Part shown: in pieces, positions 14,331 through 27,604 of the stretch | Layout: the number at the start of each line of letters is the position of its first letter | Numbering within the stretch: position 1 is the first letter of the stretch | Origin: Eledone cirrhosa | Lineage: Eukaryota | Length of the DNA: 64,000 nucleotides | Reading direction: 5' to 3' | Assembly: GCA_964016885.1 (NCBI GenBank) | Contig: OZ024741.1 | Coordinates: forward strand, 146,816,001-146,880,000 | Program-made: the position numbers and the translations under genes | Notes under the pieces: model-generated | What the model was told of the DNA's origin: nothing | Database searches by the model: none | What the model saw: only the letters and a program-made list of their open reading frames with translations

Positions 14331-16689
14331 TGGAATATAATCCATTGAAATTGTCAAACACCACTGACAATGCAAAATTCTTTCCCCTTTAGCTTTTAGC
14401 TTAGATCTTATACCATGTGAGCCATTCAGTACTTACAGCATTGGAAAAAGAAAAATTTCAAATTTCAAAAACTGGCAGCTTAAAAGCATAAACATATATT
14501 CAGCATATACTTTAGTTTAAACTTCCTTTAACTGCAAACTGTATCACTTCTGTAGATAAAATCAAGGTGTGTACACTTAATAAAGCGATTGTTAGATTGT
14601 TGTCACATTGTCTTATTACTGTACTCACCAAGAAGCAGAGATGTATGCAACATCATCTGAAGGATATTTTTTTTTAACAAATACCAGGCATAATGCCTGA
14701 GGAAGGAGACCTATGAGGTGGAATGGCTGATGCAGAAGGTATCCTTAACTTTTCTTTGTGGCAACATTTTTGCCAACTTGTCCATGGTGAGGTAGCTGAG
14801 ATACACCAGCCAGCCAAGAGTGTAGCCCCACTCTACATTTCTTTCCACCCTTTTTTTAAAATCATTTTATCATTATGATTCCTGGGTATGTATTTTTTAT
14901 TTAGCCTATTTTGTTACTACATCACTAATGAAATCCATTGCCTATACATTTCAATTAATTCTTAAAATTATCAAAAGTTTGGATGAATTTGATCAAAGAA
15001 ACTAATATTTTATTAGTTAGCTTATATTTGGAACATTACTTAAATATTTCTTAAATAGAATTATGATGGAAAGTTTTACAATATAAATATTAACATTGAT
15101 AGTTATGCATCATAAAACCTGAGGGTGTTCCAGGCAGGTTAGTATCAAAAGTGTTAAAAGTTATTTCAATTATAATATATATCATTGTATTTTCATCTAT
15201 TTATGTAAAATACATGAAAACACTAATGTATTTTTAGTGAAGTAGATTACTTTAAATATTAATCTGATGTCATTTAATTCATTCCTTTTTTCTTTTGTTT
15301 TAAAGTAGAAATGGATTAGTGGAATAAAAACAAGTAGTTGTTTTTCTTTCAACCATTATTTCTTTTGGAAAGTCAAAGTAAAAGAAAATATGGAACTCCA
15401 TCTTTTTATAAAAAAAAAACAAACAAACAAACAAGAAGCAACCATTTTTGAGCTGTAATAAATAATTACAATGAATATTTGATGGAGATTTATTTTATAT
15501 TGTTTGGAAAGTAATATTATTGAATTATGATTCATTTCAACGCAGAAAACCTAAAAATAATATTTAATTTAAATCTTCAATAAATCTTTAAAAATGTCAA
15601 TTTAAACTTCGCAGTAGAGCTTTCTCTTCAGTGTGTACAAACTTCTTGGTAGTATTTTGAGATTAATTTGAAATAGCTTAAATCTACTTAGTAACAAATA
15701 TCCATGTAAAACATATATTTCCTAATATATCTTTTGACATATTTTAAAGTAATAAATACAAAGTGCTTTATACTCAAAGGTAGAGCTAAAGTAATGCAAT
15801 CAAATAATCATGTAAGGATATACATGCAAACACAGGTATAAAAATAAACTACATGAAAGGATGTCCATGCAAACACAAATATAAAAATAAACTATCTGAA
15901 GTATTTTCTCTTCTGCTAATTCTGTATTGGAGTAAACAATGTTCTATGTGAGATATACTGGTCGACAAAATGAAGTTGTTGCATAGATATCTTCTTAAAG
16001 TGACATGCAGCAGCAGCCCTCAAGTTTTTTGTCATCTGACTCAATCTTTCCAAATTTCAAAGTTGTATTTGTTTGGCAAATGACTTGATTTGAGACTATA
16101 TATTGAAACTAAAGCATCGTTTTAAGCATTCAAAATGCTTACAAAACTGTTTAGTTATCATTTATATTCATCATTTATTTCTTAATGACAAAACTGAATG
16201 TATCTCTTGTTACAATTTCAGTTGAAATATCGAAGGAAAAAATAGGAAAAGGAAAGGAGACAGTCATTAGATCATACCAAGGAAACAATATTTCCATTGG
16301 TTTTTTCACAGTTAATACCATCTGTTCTTTTGGTTATATTTCATAGCACAAGGAAGCAGCTGATTGTAAGATTAGACTAAGGAAACAATGTTTCCATTGA
16401 TCTTTCCATTGCTGATACTCTCTGCCAGTCATTACTCCTGGCAAAAAGAGACAGATTTTAACCCAGAAGACAGAGAGAGCAGATACTGCAAAGCCACTTG
16501 TCTGACTCTTTAGCAATTCTACAAATCCACCACCACTAGATACCTACTTTATGGAGACTGTAAGGATAAAGAACAAAGTTGAGCTGGACACGATTTGGAT
16601 TCAGAGAACACTGAGCCAGAACAAATACTAAGGTATTCAACCCAATATCCTTATGACTCTACCAATTCCCCACCTGTTAGATGTAAAAT

Positions 16690-16885
16690 ATTGATTTCTA
16701 AACTAGGCAGATGGCCAACAATTTGAGAGGAGGGGAAGCTGATTACACTGTGACTCCAGTACATGACTGATACTTTATTTTATCAACCGCAGCAGGTTGA
16801 AAGGCCAAGCTGACTTTGCATGACTTTGAACATAAAATGCCATAACTAAATGCAACAAAGTATTTTGCGCAAAGTTCTAATGATT
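16690..16885 (-). mobile_element. Old S2-type SINE copy
   Basis: Degenerate TGATACTTTATTTTATCAACC..TGAAAGGCCAAGCTGACTTTG..TTTGAAC matching S2 in reverse. Confidence 0.5.
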
Positions 16886-17449
16886 CTGCTCACCCTTCAA
16901 GGATGTAAAATAGTGTAATGTGTTTAAATGAAAGTAAATATTTTACTTCATCTCATGTTTTTCAGTATAAATCAATGAGAGAGATTCAAAACAGAAATAT
17001 CAACCAAATTGAAACTGACTAGGAGATGACTAATATCAGCACAACTGATATTAACCAACTGACTCTACTCCATCTGTTATACAAATAACTGCTACATCTA
17101 CCTCAAATGACTCCTAATTCATGCATAGCTATGACAGTAAGAGGTTCACTTCACAAACACTTACTTCCAAGTTCAATCTTATTGTGTAATAATTTATGCA
17201 AGAGACTTGTGCCATAATCTTGGATCAAACTTAGCAAATGAAATTTCATTATCAGAAACTGCAAAATTCCATCATATATTTCATAGAGAAATGAATTATA
17301 CAGGAATAGAAATGTTTCCTTTATTTGGAATCATCAGAACATTCAAATAAATGGAACAGTTTTAGGCCTGTGGAAGTCATTTCTATATGAAATGAATAAT
17401 GTACCTTCTCTACTTAATGTATTTACTACTTAACTGTGTCTCTCTGCAG

Positions 17450-18095
17450 ACAGCTTCATTTTTATCTCTGCTGATCTATCTACTCTTGATGCCAATGAAT
17501 TAAGAAGAAAGTTTACCAGCAACTGAACACTGTTCTCTCCAAATTACTACGTAAAGACAAAATCATTTTGCAGGGCAATTTCAATGCCAAATTGGAAACA
17601 ACTTCCTCCTGTGAGAAAACATCATTGGAAAACAATGTACCTGAAACTGCGATGCAGATGGTCAGTTACTACTTGGACTCTGCACAGAGCATTACATTTT
17701 TATTACCAACACTCAATTCTAGTTCTAAAACCACTTTAAAACTATATAGATGCATCCAAGTTCAAAGCATTGGCATATCTTTGACTGCATTAACCCTCAA
17801 TGTGACAAGAAAGATATCACCAACACTAAGACCACAAGAAAGGCTGATGACAGATGAAAAACTCCCATTCAGCTAACTCAGAATTTCAGTTTGCTATAAA
17901 AATGTCAGCCAAGAAGAAAGTTGAACAAGCTGATAAATCCCAAGAATACATCAAAGACAAGCTAACAAATAAGTCCACCAATGAAGAATGGACATAATCC
18001 AAAACATCATCAAAGAAGCAGCTGAGAATGGTACTGTCTTCACAAGAAGGAACAACCAGAAATGGTTCAATGAAAACAATGAAGAAATCTATTAA
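17450..18095 (+). pseudogene. Decayed APE-endonuclease fragment of another RTE-like LINE
   Basis: KDKIILQGNFNAKL (GDFNA motif), downstream HP.SK.WH..DC-like segment and W(F)NENNEEI; many lesions. Confidence 0.55.
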
Positions 18096-18605
18096 CAGCG
18101 ATTCTTAAACTTTAATCTGTTATTTTAATATATATATATATATATTTATTTATTTATTTGTTTATTCAAATAATTTTGAAAACCAAACAATGCATTAGGA
18201 AGAACAATAAATTACCAAGATAACAAAAAAATCTTACGTTATCAAATTTAATGATCCTACTATTTTCAGGTTATCAAAGGAGTAACTCTATGAGAGACTT
18301 TAAAAATTCGATCAGGTTGATTTGCTTGTATGGAGAGCAGATTTAACTTAAATCTGCTCTCCAAAGAAGCAATTATACTGTAAATAAAACCCTTTTTGTG
18401 CAGATGACCATGTTATTCTTCACTCTTTCACTATTATTACTCCAAGAATAACCTACATGGGAATTCTCGCAAACTCGGTACCTAACAAAGGAAACCTCTT
18501 GTTGAGTCAAACGATGGCGTACGTTAAAACTATCCATAGTACAAAGTACTCACAACCTCTAACTGGATTACCTAAAATCTAAAATGATAACTTGTTATCC
18601 CATAC

Positions 18606-18660
<55 letters not shown>

Positions 18661-19329
18661 ACATTTAAGTTGGAGGGTTTAATTAATAGGTAGATCTAGT
18701 GGTATCTCATTGTTGGTGCAGGAACGGAGTTAAATACGTATTTCTATACCCAGTGAGCTTATGTCATGAGATCATATGGGAACATCACATGAAAGATTTA
18801 AAAATTAAGTAATCAATTCTGGCATACAGCAAAATATAAATAAAGAATTGATATGGAGATTATCTGTTGGTCAGTGCAATCAATGTGACAGGCAGTCTCC
18901 ATATGCCACACACTCAACAAGGCTATTGTTCAATTGAGTGGCCAGGAGAGGATTTGTTTGGTAGCAATATGTGCTCCTGGATAAATATGCGCAGCATCTG
19001 GATGGTACTTCTGATATACGAGGAGCTACATTTTTTCATGGGATTTTGTAGACCACATATGATGGCAAGAGCTTCTTCCATTAAAATACATCTTGACAGA
19101 TGCATTGAGGTCACCATAGTGGCAACAGAAAGGAATATGGGCAATTTAAGAATCAAAGAGCCCATTATCACCATGAAAAATAGAAAAGAAAAATAATTCA
19201 TGTAGATCAGTTGAGAAAAAACACATCAACCATTCATTTTTGTTTTAAAACTTTTCTGTTTCACATTTGAAAAGAGGGTATTAGCCCAGGATTATATTGA
19301 ACTATACTAGGTAAAAGATTACTTTGTTT

Positions 19330-20405
19330 TGTTTTATTTGACACAAAGGTAGCACAGGCAATCAAGAACCCAGCTGATGCTACTCTTTTGCAACAATATC
19401 TGAATGCCATATACAACTGGGCTGAGGATAACAGCATGCAATTTAATGCTGAGAAATTTAAAGCCTTAAGGTAGCCACCTGCTGACACAAGGACAGTATA
19501 ATAAAACTACACTGGACCAGTAGGGATCAAAATTCATGTGTTGATGTCGATAGTAAACCTGATATAGACATGAGCAATAATGCATCATTTCATTCATGAA
19601 AATGGTGACAATGTGCAGATGACTTGCTGGCTAGATCTTGAGCACTTTCAAGACAAGAGACCAAGAAATCATGTTGGTACTATGGAGGATATTTGTCCTA
19701 AGCAGACTGGACTATTGCTTGCAGCTGTGGTCACCCCATAGTATTAAACTATTGGCAGTATTGGTAGAGGGTCGGACGCCATGCTTTGATGTATAGAGTT
19801 ACGGTCCTTGCCATTCTGAGTTCAAATCCCGCCGAGGATAACTTTGCTTTCATCCTTACAGGGTCGATAAAATAAAGTACCAGCAATGCACTGGGTATTT
19901 GCTGGCCTTGTGCCAAACGTAGAAACAAGTATTAAACTAACCATGGAGCTTGAAGCCATCGAACAAAGCTACACCAAGAGGATTGCCACAATGAAGGAGG
20001 TGAACTACAGGGAGAGGCTTAAAGAACTAAAACTCTACTCTTTGAAAGAAGACAGCAGAGATATGCAGTGAACTACCACCAAACTACCACCAAACTACCA
20101 GTGAACTACCACCAAACTACCACCAAACTACCACCAAACTACCACCAAACTTTGGCATTGAGTGCTTGACCAGCCCTCGAATAGGGCATCACTGTGTGGT
20201 GACAACGATTCCGTTTTTCACATCTAGAGTAGGGAGCAGATATTGCAATAGCCTGGGGTTCAAAGGCCCCAAACCTTTTAATAAGCCACCAAGAAATTTG
20301 AGAGATCTGCATGGTATGGAAGTGGATGTTTTCAAGAAACATCTTGACACTCTGCTATCCAGGATGCCAGAGAGACCCACAGCACAGAATGAAGGTAACC
20401 TAGGG
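19330..20405 (+). pseudogene. CR1/L2-group LINE 3' fragment interrupted by an S2 SINE
   Basis: DTKV..LQQYLNAIYNWAEDNSMQFNAEKFK, VLSRLDYCLQLWSPH, NYRERLKELKLYSL, FKKHLDTLLSRMP. Confidence 0.85.
19752..19927 (+). mobile_element. S2 SINE with 12-bp target-site duplication
   Basis: AGTATTAAACTA at 19740-19751 and 19928-19939; the uninterrupted site is seen in the inverted CR1 copy at ~20980. Confidence 0.9.
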
Positions 20406-20489
20406 GTAGTTTCCCCAGCATGCCTCAGCCACATGGCTGGAACAGGTAAAAGAGTATACATATATATATATATGTTGCTTCACTTGTTA

Positions 20490-21040
20490 TATCCAGCTTG
20501 CATTGGCTGGCCATTGATGTAGGAGGGAGTTCATTACTGCTGCCCTTAGGTTACCTTCATTCTGTGCTGTGGGTTCATCTGGCATCCTGGATAGCAGAGT
20601 GTCAAGATGTTTCTTGAAAACATCCATGTCCACACCATGCAGATCTCTCAAATGTCTTGGTGGCTTATTAAAAGGTTTGGGGCCTTTGAACCCCAGGCTA
20701 TTGCAATATCTGCTCCCTACTCTAGATGTGAAAAACGGAATCGTTGTCACCACACAGTGATGCCCTGTTCGTGGGTTGGTCAAGCCCTCAATACCAAAGT
20801 TTGGTAGTAGTTCGGAGGTAGTTTTTCCAGGATCTTCCATATGTATATCACTGCATATCTCTGCTGTCTTCTTTCAAAGAGTAGAGTTTTAGTTCTTTAA
20901 GCCTCTCCCTGTAGTTCACCTCCTTCATTGTGGCAATCCTCTTGGTGTAACTTTGTTGGATTGCTTCAAACTCCATGGTTAGTTTAATACTATGGCGTGA
21001 CCACAGCTGCAAGCAATAGTCCAGTCTGCTTAGGACAAAT
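20490..21040 (-). pseudogene. Inverted, near-identical copy of the CR1-like 3' fragment
   Basis: Reverse complement of ~19690-20403 without the SINE; ends MPDEPTAQ..AAVMNSLLHQ. Confidence 0.9.
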
Positions 21041-21054
21041 ATATATATATACAT

Positions 21055-24000
21055 ATCATCATCATCATCATCATCTTCGTTTAACGTCCATTTTCCACGC
21101 TAGCATGGGTTAGACGGGAGTTGTCCCACTTGAGGCAAGGTTGGTCGGGTGACCTTGTCTCGCTCATATCGGACTATCTGGCAGGTTGTCTACGGCTGGA
21201 TGCCCTTCCTAACACCAACCACATTTACAGTGTGGAACTGGGAACTTTTTACCGTGTTACCTACACGACCACATTACAGCGTGGACTGTGTGTTTTTTTC
21301 TCTTGACACCTACACGATCTCGATCTCATTTATCTCATTTATTTGGACTGGATGTTGTGGTACCAACTTTATAGAGAGAGGGTGGTGTTAGTGGGAGTGA
21401 GAGGATAGGGTAGGGGTAGTGGATTGGGGTGTATATTTGGTTAAGAGGTGCCTACTGACTGTAGGTTTCGCTTTGTACATAGGCAAGGCGAGTCTTCTGA
21501 ATTACTGCGTAGCGCCAAAGATCTCGGTCCAGTGACATTGTCTTAGAGAGGTGCAAGTGTGTAAGGTCGGAATTTATCAGATCGTCCCAGGTTTTTCTGG
21601 GTCTACCTACTCTGTAACTACCATCGATTTTGATCGGCCTGCACTTTTTTATACAGCTGTCGTCTTTCATGCGCATCACGTGGCCATACCAACGTAGTCT
21701 TCTCTCGAGTAAACAACATCTGATCCCTCTTATTCCTAATTTCTCACTTAGTTCATTTATGCCTTGCCGTTCACTTATATTACTATTACACATCCAACAG
21801 AGCATGCATGCTTCGTTCCTTTCCAGTCTACGCAGGTCCTCTGCACTTAATGCCCATGTCTCGCTGCCATGTAGCATTGCTGTTCATATACACGCATCAT
21901 ACAATCTGCCTTTCATTTTTAGAGAGAAACCTTTTGTAGCCAGCAGCGGTATAAGCTCTCTGAACTTTTTCCATCCTGTTCTGACTCTGGCTACTGTACT
22001 TTCAGAACACCCTCCACCACTGCTGATTTCGTCACCCAGGTAACGGAAAGTGTCTACTATTTCTATAGAACCATCTGGGCAATAGAAGGGGCTAGTATCC
22101 TGTGGAAACTTGCTACCTATTGCACCTGAGCATTGGCCACATATAAAGTCTACGTTCTTAGATAGTTTACCAGTGATCCCACTACATCTTTTATGTACCC
22201 ATACTTTGCATTTGGGACATAAAATTGAATTTCTGCCTACTCCTTTCCTACACACTGAGCAAGGCCATTTCCCTGAGGGTACCTGTGCCTTATTTACCTT
22301 TCTACAAACTAGGACTTTAGTCTTAGACAAGTTAACTTTAAGGCTTTTTGATTCTAGGCCATGCTTCCATGTTTGGAATTTCTTTTGTAGTTCAGCCATT
22401 GATTCAGCTATGAGCGTTAGATCATCTGCGTATAAGAGTGCCCATGGCCAGCCGGTCTTGAACTCCTCTGTTATAGCCTGAAGGGCAATAATAAATAGGA
22501 GGGGGCTAAGGACAGAGCCTTGGTGAACACCAACTTTTACACTAAATTCTTCACAATATTCATTGTTAATTCTAACCTTACTGACTGTTTCATTATACAT
22601 AGCTTGTATAGCTCTCACAAGCCATTCATCTAAACCTAGTTTTCTAAGAGCCCACCAGATAATGGGGCGGAGGACTCTGTCAAAGGCTTTTTTCAGGTCA
22701 ACAAAAGCTAAGTAGAGGGGTTTACTTTTAGCTAGGTATTTCTCTTGTAGTTGTCGTACAAGGAAAAGAGTGTCTGTGGTACTTTTACCTGACACAAACC
22801 CAAACTGCATTTCATCTAGATCAATTCGCTCTCTGATTAGTTGCGTTATAACTCTTTCTGTGACCTTCATGACCTGGTCAACTAACTTAATGCCTCTATA
22901 GTTTCCTCTATCTAGAGCATCTCCTTTACCCTTGTAGCAGTTAATGATGATGCTGCTACTCCAGTCTTTTGGTATGACCACATTCTGTATTACTTGGTTA
23001 ACTATATGGGTGACCATAGTATGTCCCACCATTCCAGATGCCTTCAACATCTCAGCAACTATCTCCGAAGGCTCAGCTGCCTTGCCTCTCTTCATATCTT
23101 TGATTGTCTTACTTATTATACTACCTTTAACTTGCACCGCTGGTCCTTCTATTGGATCGATTTGGGGCAGACTATCTTTTTCCCACTTATCCTCTTCATT
23201 TAATAGTCTCTCGTAGTGACACTTCCAAGCTATCTTCTTATCAGCATCAGTGAGGGCAAGTACACCGTTATCATTATAGACACACTTCTCCCCGACAATA
23301 TCATGGTTTTCCTTGACACATTGTCTAGCAATCCTGAACACCTCGCGTTTTTGGTCCTCACGTTGTAGAACATGCTTGAACATTCTTTCCTCTGCTTCCC
23401 TTTTTGCAAAGTACACTTGTCTCCTAGCTTTTCTCCTGGCCACTTGATAGTGCTCTCTACTTCCCCCATTCTGCCATTCTTTCCAAGCCTGCTTTTTGGC
23501 CTTGATTGTCTCTTCTACCGAACTGTTCCACCACCAAGTTACTCTCCTCCTACCAATAGGTCTGCTCCAGCCACAGATTTCATCCGTTGCTTTCAGCAGG
23601 TTCACTTTCAAGAATTGCCACTGTTCCTCTATATCGTACGTCTCTAATTGCTCTTCCTCATTGTCAAAGGCATCAAGTAATAAGCTTTTAAATTTGTCAC
23701 TGGCTATGGGGTCCTTCAACTTCCATATTCTTCTCCTCAAGATAGGCCACCTCTGGCGTCGAGTACGTCTATTCCTGACTGTGAGGTCACTAACTACTAG
23801 GCTATGTTTGGAGGTGCATTCTTCACGGGGGAGGGATTTAGTGTTTACAACAGACACTTTGTCCCGTCTTCTAGTAAGGATATAATCTATCTGGCTGGCG
23901 TGTTCCGCTGATCTATAGGTGATCAAGTGGTTTTCACGTTTTTTGAAGTTTGTGGTACAGATAGTTAGGTTATTGGCGTCACAGAATTCCAGGATTCTGA

Positions 24001-25140
24001 AGCCTTCCTTATTTCTATTTCCAAACCCATAGCCTCCATGGATTCCATCATAGCCATCACTTTGTTGTCCAACATGGCCGTTTAGATCGCCAGCAATAAT
24101 TAGGTAATCGCTGTCGGTTATTTGGGAGGTAGTGTGCATTAGCGTCTCATAGAACCTGTCCTTTATAACATCAAGTAGACCAGATTGGGGTGCATAAGCG
24201 GATATTATTGTCACAGTAGTTTTATTTAGAACTAGCCTTATTTTAATTATTCTGTCATTTACTCTATTTACGTTGATTACCTTATCTACCCATTTTTCAG
24301 CTAACATAATTCCTACTCCACCCAGTCCGTTGTCGTTTCCCACCCAGAAAAGTTTATAGCATCGTTTTTTACCCACGATGAATCTGGCAGACCGCCCTCT
24401 CTACCTAGTCTCTTGAATACAACAAACATCAACTTCTTTACGTTCAAGCATCTCTACAACCTCATTTGAGCGACCTTTTAATGTGCATACGTTCATGGTA
24501 CCAACTCTGAATTTGGGAGGGTGGGATGGATGGGTTAGAGGGGCAGGGAGAGGTGTGGGAGACGGAATTATGTTGGTCATTCGTGTCTGAAATAGAGAGG
24601 GATCTTTGTATTCTCGTCTTGCAGCAGGATGTGAATTTATCTTTATCTGTGACATCGTCATTGAATGCTTAGACTTTCCAAATCTCCGCAGTCAACCCAT
24701 CAAACAAGTCTAAACTTAAGGAGTAGTAACCAGGGCGGTAGCTTTGCTATACTGATTTATTAGGGAACTTACTAAAGCCGCTGAGTTATGATTGGACCAT
24801 TGGCAATGGTGGTGTGTGGGGGTGGGAGGGCGGGAAATGGGTAACTTTCGGAGAAGGATTTGATTTAGGAAGGGTCCAACAGAATGAGACAAATCATTTA
24901 AGAAATGGGTAACTTTAGGAGAAGGATTTGATTTAGGAAGGTGTCCAACAGAATGAGACAAATCATTTAAAGACATGTAAATATTAATTGAAAATCTGAG
25001 AGAAACGAACGGGGAATTTGAATTGTAGACTAGCATATCTCAGAGTTTAAAAACACTGCTCATCGGGAAGACTCTGCGAAATATGGAAGACAATGGTTAC
25101 ATTCTCAAAATCAACAAGTCATCCGTAAGATAATTTAGAT
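21055..25140 (-). mobile_element. Near full-length RTE LINE; single APE-RT ORF 24661-21452 broken only by two nonsense codons
   Basis: VGTMNVCTL, CIQETR, ISAYAPQ, GDLNGHVG, IDYIL, SKH, NYRGIKL, QFGF, FVDLKKAFD, GVHQGSVLSP, YADD, PHD-like finger, FRYLG; stops at 24401-24403 and 21884-21886 with the frame continuing; (GAT)n tail and (TA)n flanks. Confidence 0.97.
24834..24970. repeat. ~69-bp tandem duplication in the RTE 5' UTR
   Basis: GAAATGGGTAACTTT.GGAGAAGGATTTGATTTAGGAAGG..CCAACAGAATGAGACAAATCATTTAA twice. Confidence 0.9.
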
Positions 25141-25213
25141 AGATAAATTCTCTCTCTCTATATATATATATATTTATGAATATATTTATATATATATATA
25201 TGTGTGTATATAT

Positions 25214-25254
<41 letters not shown>

Positions 25255-25344
25255 AATGCGTGTGTGCGTGTGTATATGTATATATATGTATATGTAAATG
25301 TGTATGTGCGTGTGTGTGTATATATATATATATATATGTATATA

Positions 25345-26398
25345 AGCTTAACCCAAATATATGCCCCAAATGCAACAATGGGTACACAAGAGATGTAGTG
25401 GGATCTCAGGAAGCTTAACTAAGAATGTAGGCTTCACATGTAGTAGCTGCACTGAGACAGCAAGCAGCAAGCTACCACAGGAAACAAGCACCACCAAACT
25501 CTGGCAGGGCTTTGTAGAAACAGTAGACAGCTTGTAGGTGACCGAATTAGCAGCAGAGGTGGGTGTTCGGAAAGTACAATAATTAGAGTAAGAATGCGAT
25601 GGAAGAAGTTCAGGGGGATACTGCCACTGCTAGATGAAAAAGGCTTTTCCCTCAAAATGAAAGGCAGATTGTATGATGCATGTATACGAACAGCAATGTT
25701 ACATGGTAGTGAGACCTGGGCGCTGTCTGTAGAAGACTTGCGTAGTATAGAAAGAAACGAAGATTGCATGCTCCGATTGATGTGTAATAGTAATATACGC
25801 GAACGGCAAAGCATAAACGAATTGAAGGAGAGACTGAGCATAAGAGAAATCAAATGCTGTATGCAGGAGAGGCGGTTGCGTTGGTATGGACATGTGATGC
25901 GTATGAAGGATGACAGCTGCATAAAAAGGTGCATAGCACTAGAAGTCGATGGAAGCCACGGAGTGGGGAGACCCAAGAAGATCTGGGATGAGGTGATAAA
26001 AGCCGACCTTACCCAATTGCACCTCTGGTGTCACACAGTAATACAGAAGACCCGACCCCCCCCCACGGGTACAAGCCAAAGCTGAAGCATATAGACAATA
26101 TGCCCCCACCCCCTCCCACTGCAAAGTGGTCGTGGAGGTGGCACGGCAAAAAAGCACCCAGCCCACACTGTAAAGTGTACGTGTGGGCGCCACGGGAAAA
26201 AAGTACCCAACACTCACTGTAAATGAGGTTGGTGTTAGGAAGGGCATCCAGCTGTAGAACTCAAGCCAGAATCAGTTCCCGTATGAGCAGGACAAGGTCA
26301 GCCGACTAGACACTGCCCACAACAGGACAACCCCTCTAATCCATGCTAACATGGAAGAACGGACGTAAAACGGTGATGATGATGATGATGATGATGAT
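25345..26398 (+). mobile_element. 5'-truncated, decayed RTE LINE (subfamily 2)
   Basis: WKKFRGILPLL..LHGSETW..RRLRWYGHVMRM..GRPKKIW; 3' UTR with ~50-bp internal repeats; (GAT)n tail; starts after (TA)n. Confidence 0.9.
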
Positions 26399-26486
26399 TG
26401 TTATATTTGGGGAGGGTCATATTGTTATAATATTGCCAGAATTGATAATTTATATTTCCTTTAGGTCAGTATTGCTTGTTTGGGTG

Positions 26487-26524
<38 letters not shown>

Positions 26525-26614
26525 TATGTGTATGTAAGTGTGGGTGTGTGTGTGTATATATATGTGTATATATATACGTATATTGTTATATTTGGGGAGG
26601 GTTATATTGTTATA

Positions 26615-26800
26615 AGAAATAATAATTGTTTCTACTTTAGGCACAAGGCCAGCAATTACCCAGTGCATTACTGGTACTTTATTTCATCGACCCCGTAAGG
26701 ATGAAAGGCAAAGTCAACCTCGGCGGGATTTGAACTCAAATCGTAAAGGGATGTAACTATGCTGGACAGCATGGCGTCCGACCCTCTACCGATACTGCCA
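26615..26800 (-). mobile_element. S2 SINE
   Basis: Reverse complement of the 8388 element with an (ATT)n-like tail. Confidence 0.85.
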
Positions 26801-27264
26801 ATCCAAATAATAGAACACACTCACTGTTTGGTTTGCATTGGTTTTCACTTCTGTATCTTTTATATGTCCATAGTTAATTTATCTGACAATCAATGTTTAA
26901 AGATACAGATATACGGTTAAAGATACAGATATAAATATATATATATATATATATATAGTCTATCAAAGTTCTTTCAACACACATATGTGACATCATCAAT
27001 GGTACTATTATGTTTCCTCCCGTTGTATTGTAATGTCTATGCCATTTTTATTTTATTTGTTTATTTATTTATTCTTGTCGCTGTCTCTGTTTGTGCATGC
27101 GTTTGTGTGTGTGTTTCCTGTTTGGTGTGGTTGTTAGTGTTTGAGTGTATGTGTTTTTATATTCTATCTTTCTTCACTAGTGTGTGTTTATGTGTGTTTG
27201 TTGTTATTGTACTTGTGGATATATTTATTTATATTTCCCTGAGGTTAGTATTGTTTGTTTGGGT

Positions 27265-27301
<37 letters not shown>

Positions 27302-27377
27302 TGTATGTGTGTGTGTGTGTGTATATACATATATATATGTGTGTGTGTGTGTGTATACATATATATATATGTGTGTG

Positions 27378-27430
<53 letters not shown>

Positions 27431-27431
27431 C

Positions 27432-27546
27432 GCCAGACAGTCCTATGCGAGCAAGACAACCACTCTTGCCTCAAGTGGGAAAACCCCCGTCCAAACCCAT
27501 GCAAGCGTGGAACACGGACGCTAAACCTGATGATGATGATGATGAT
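27432..27546 (+). mobile_element. RTE 3' terminus (same subfamily as 12073-13482)
   Basis: Near-identical to 13364-13482. Confidence 0.85.
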
Positions 27547-27569
27547 ATATATATGTGTGTGTGTATGTG

Positions 27570-27602
<33 letters not shown>

Positions 27603-27604
<2 letters not shown>

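Noticed and set aside
14930-15160. Old TTAA-terminated piggyBac-like MITE (related traces near 3505-3740, 31960-32225, 37300-37400)
   Set aside because: A recurring TTAAC(A/C)CTTTTGATACC-like end is visible, but paired TIRs and boundaries could not be established.
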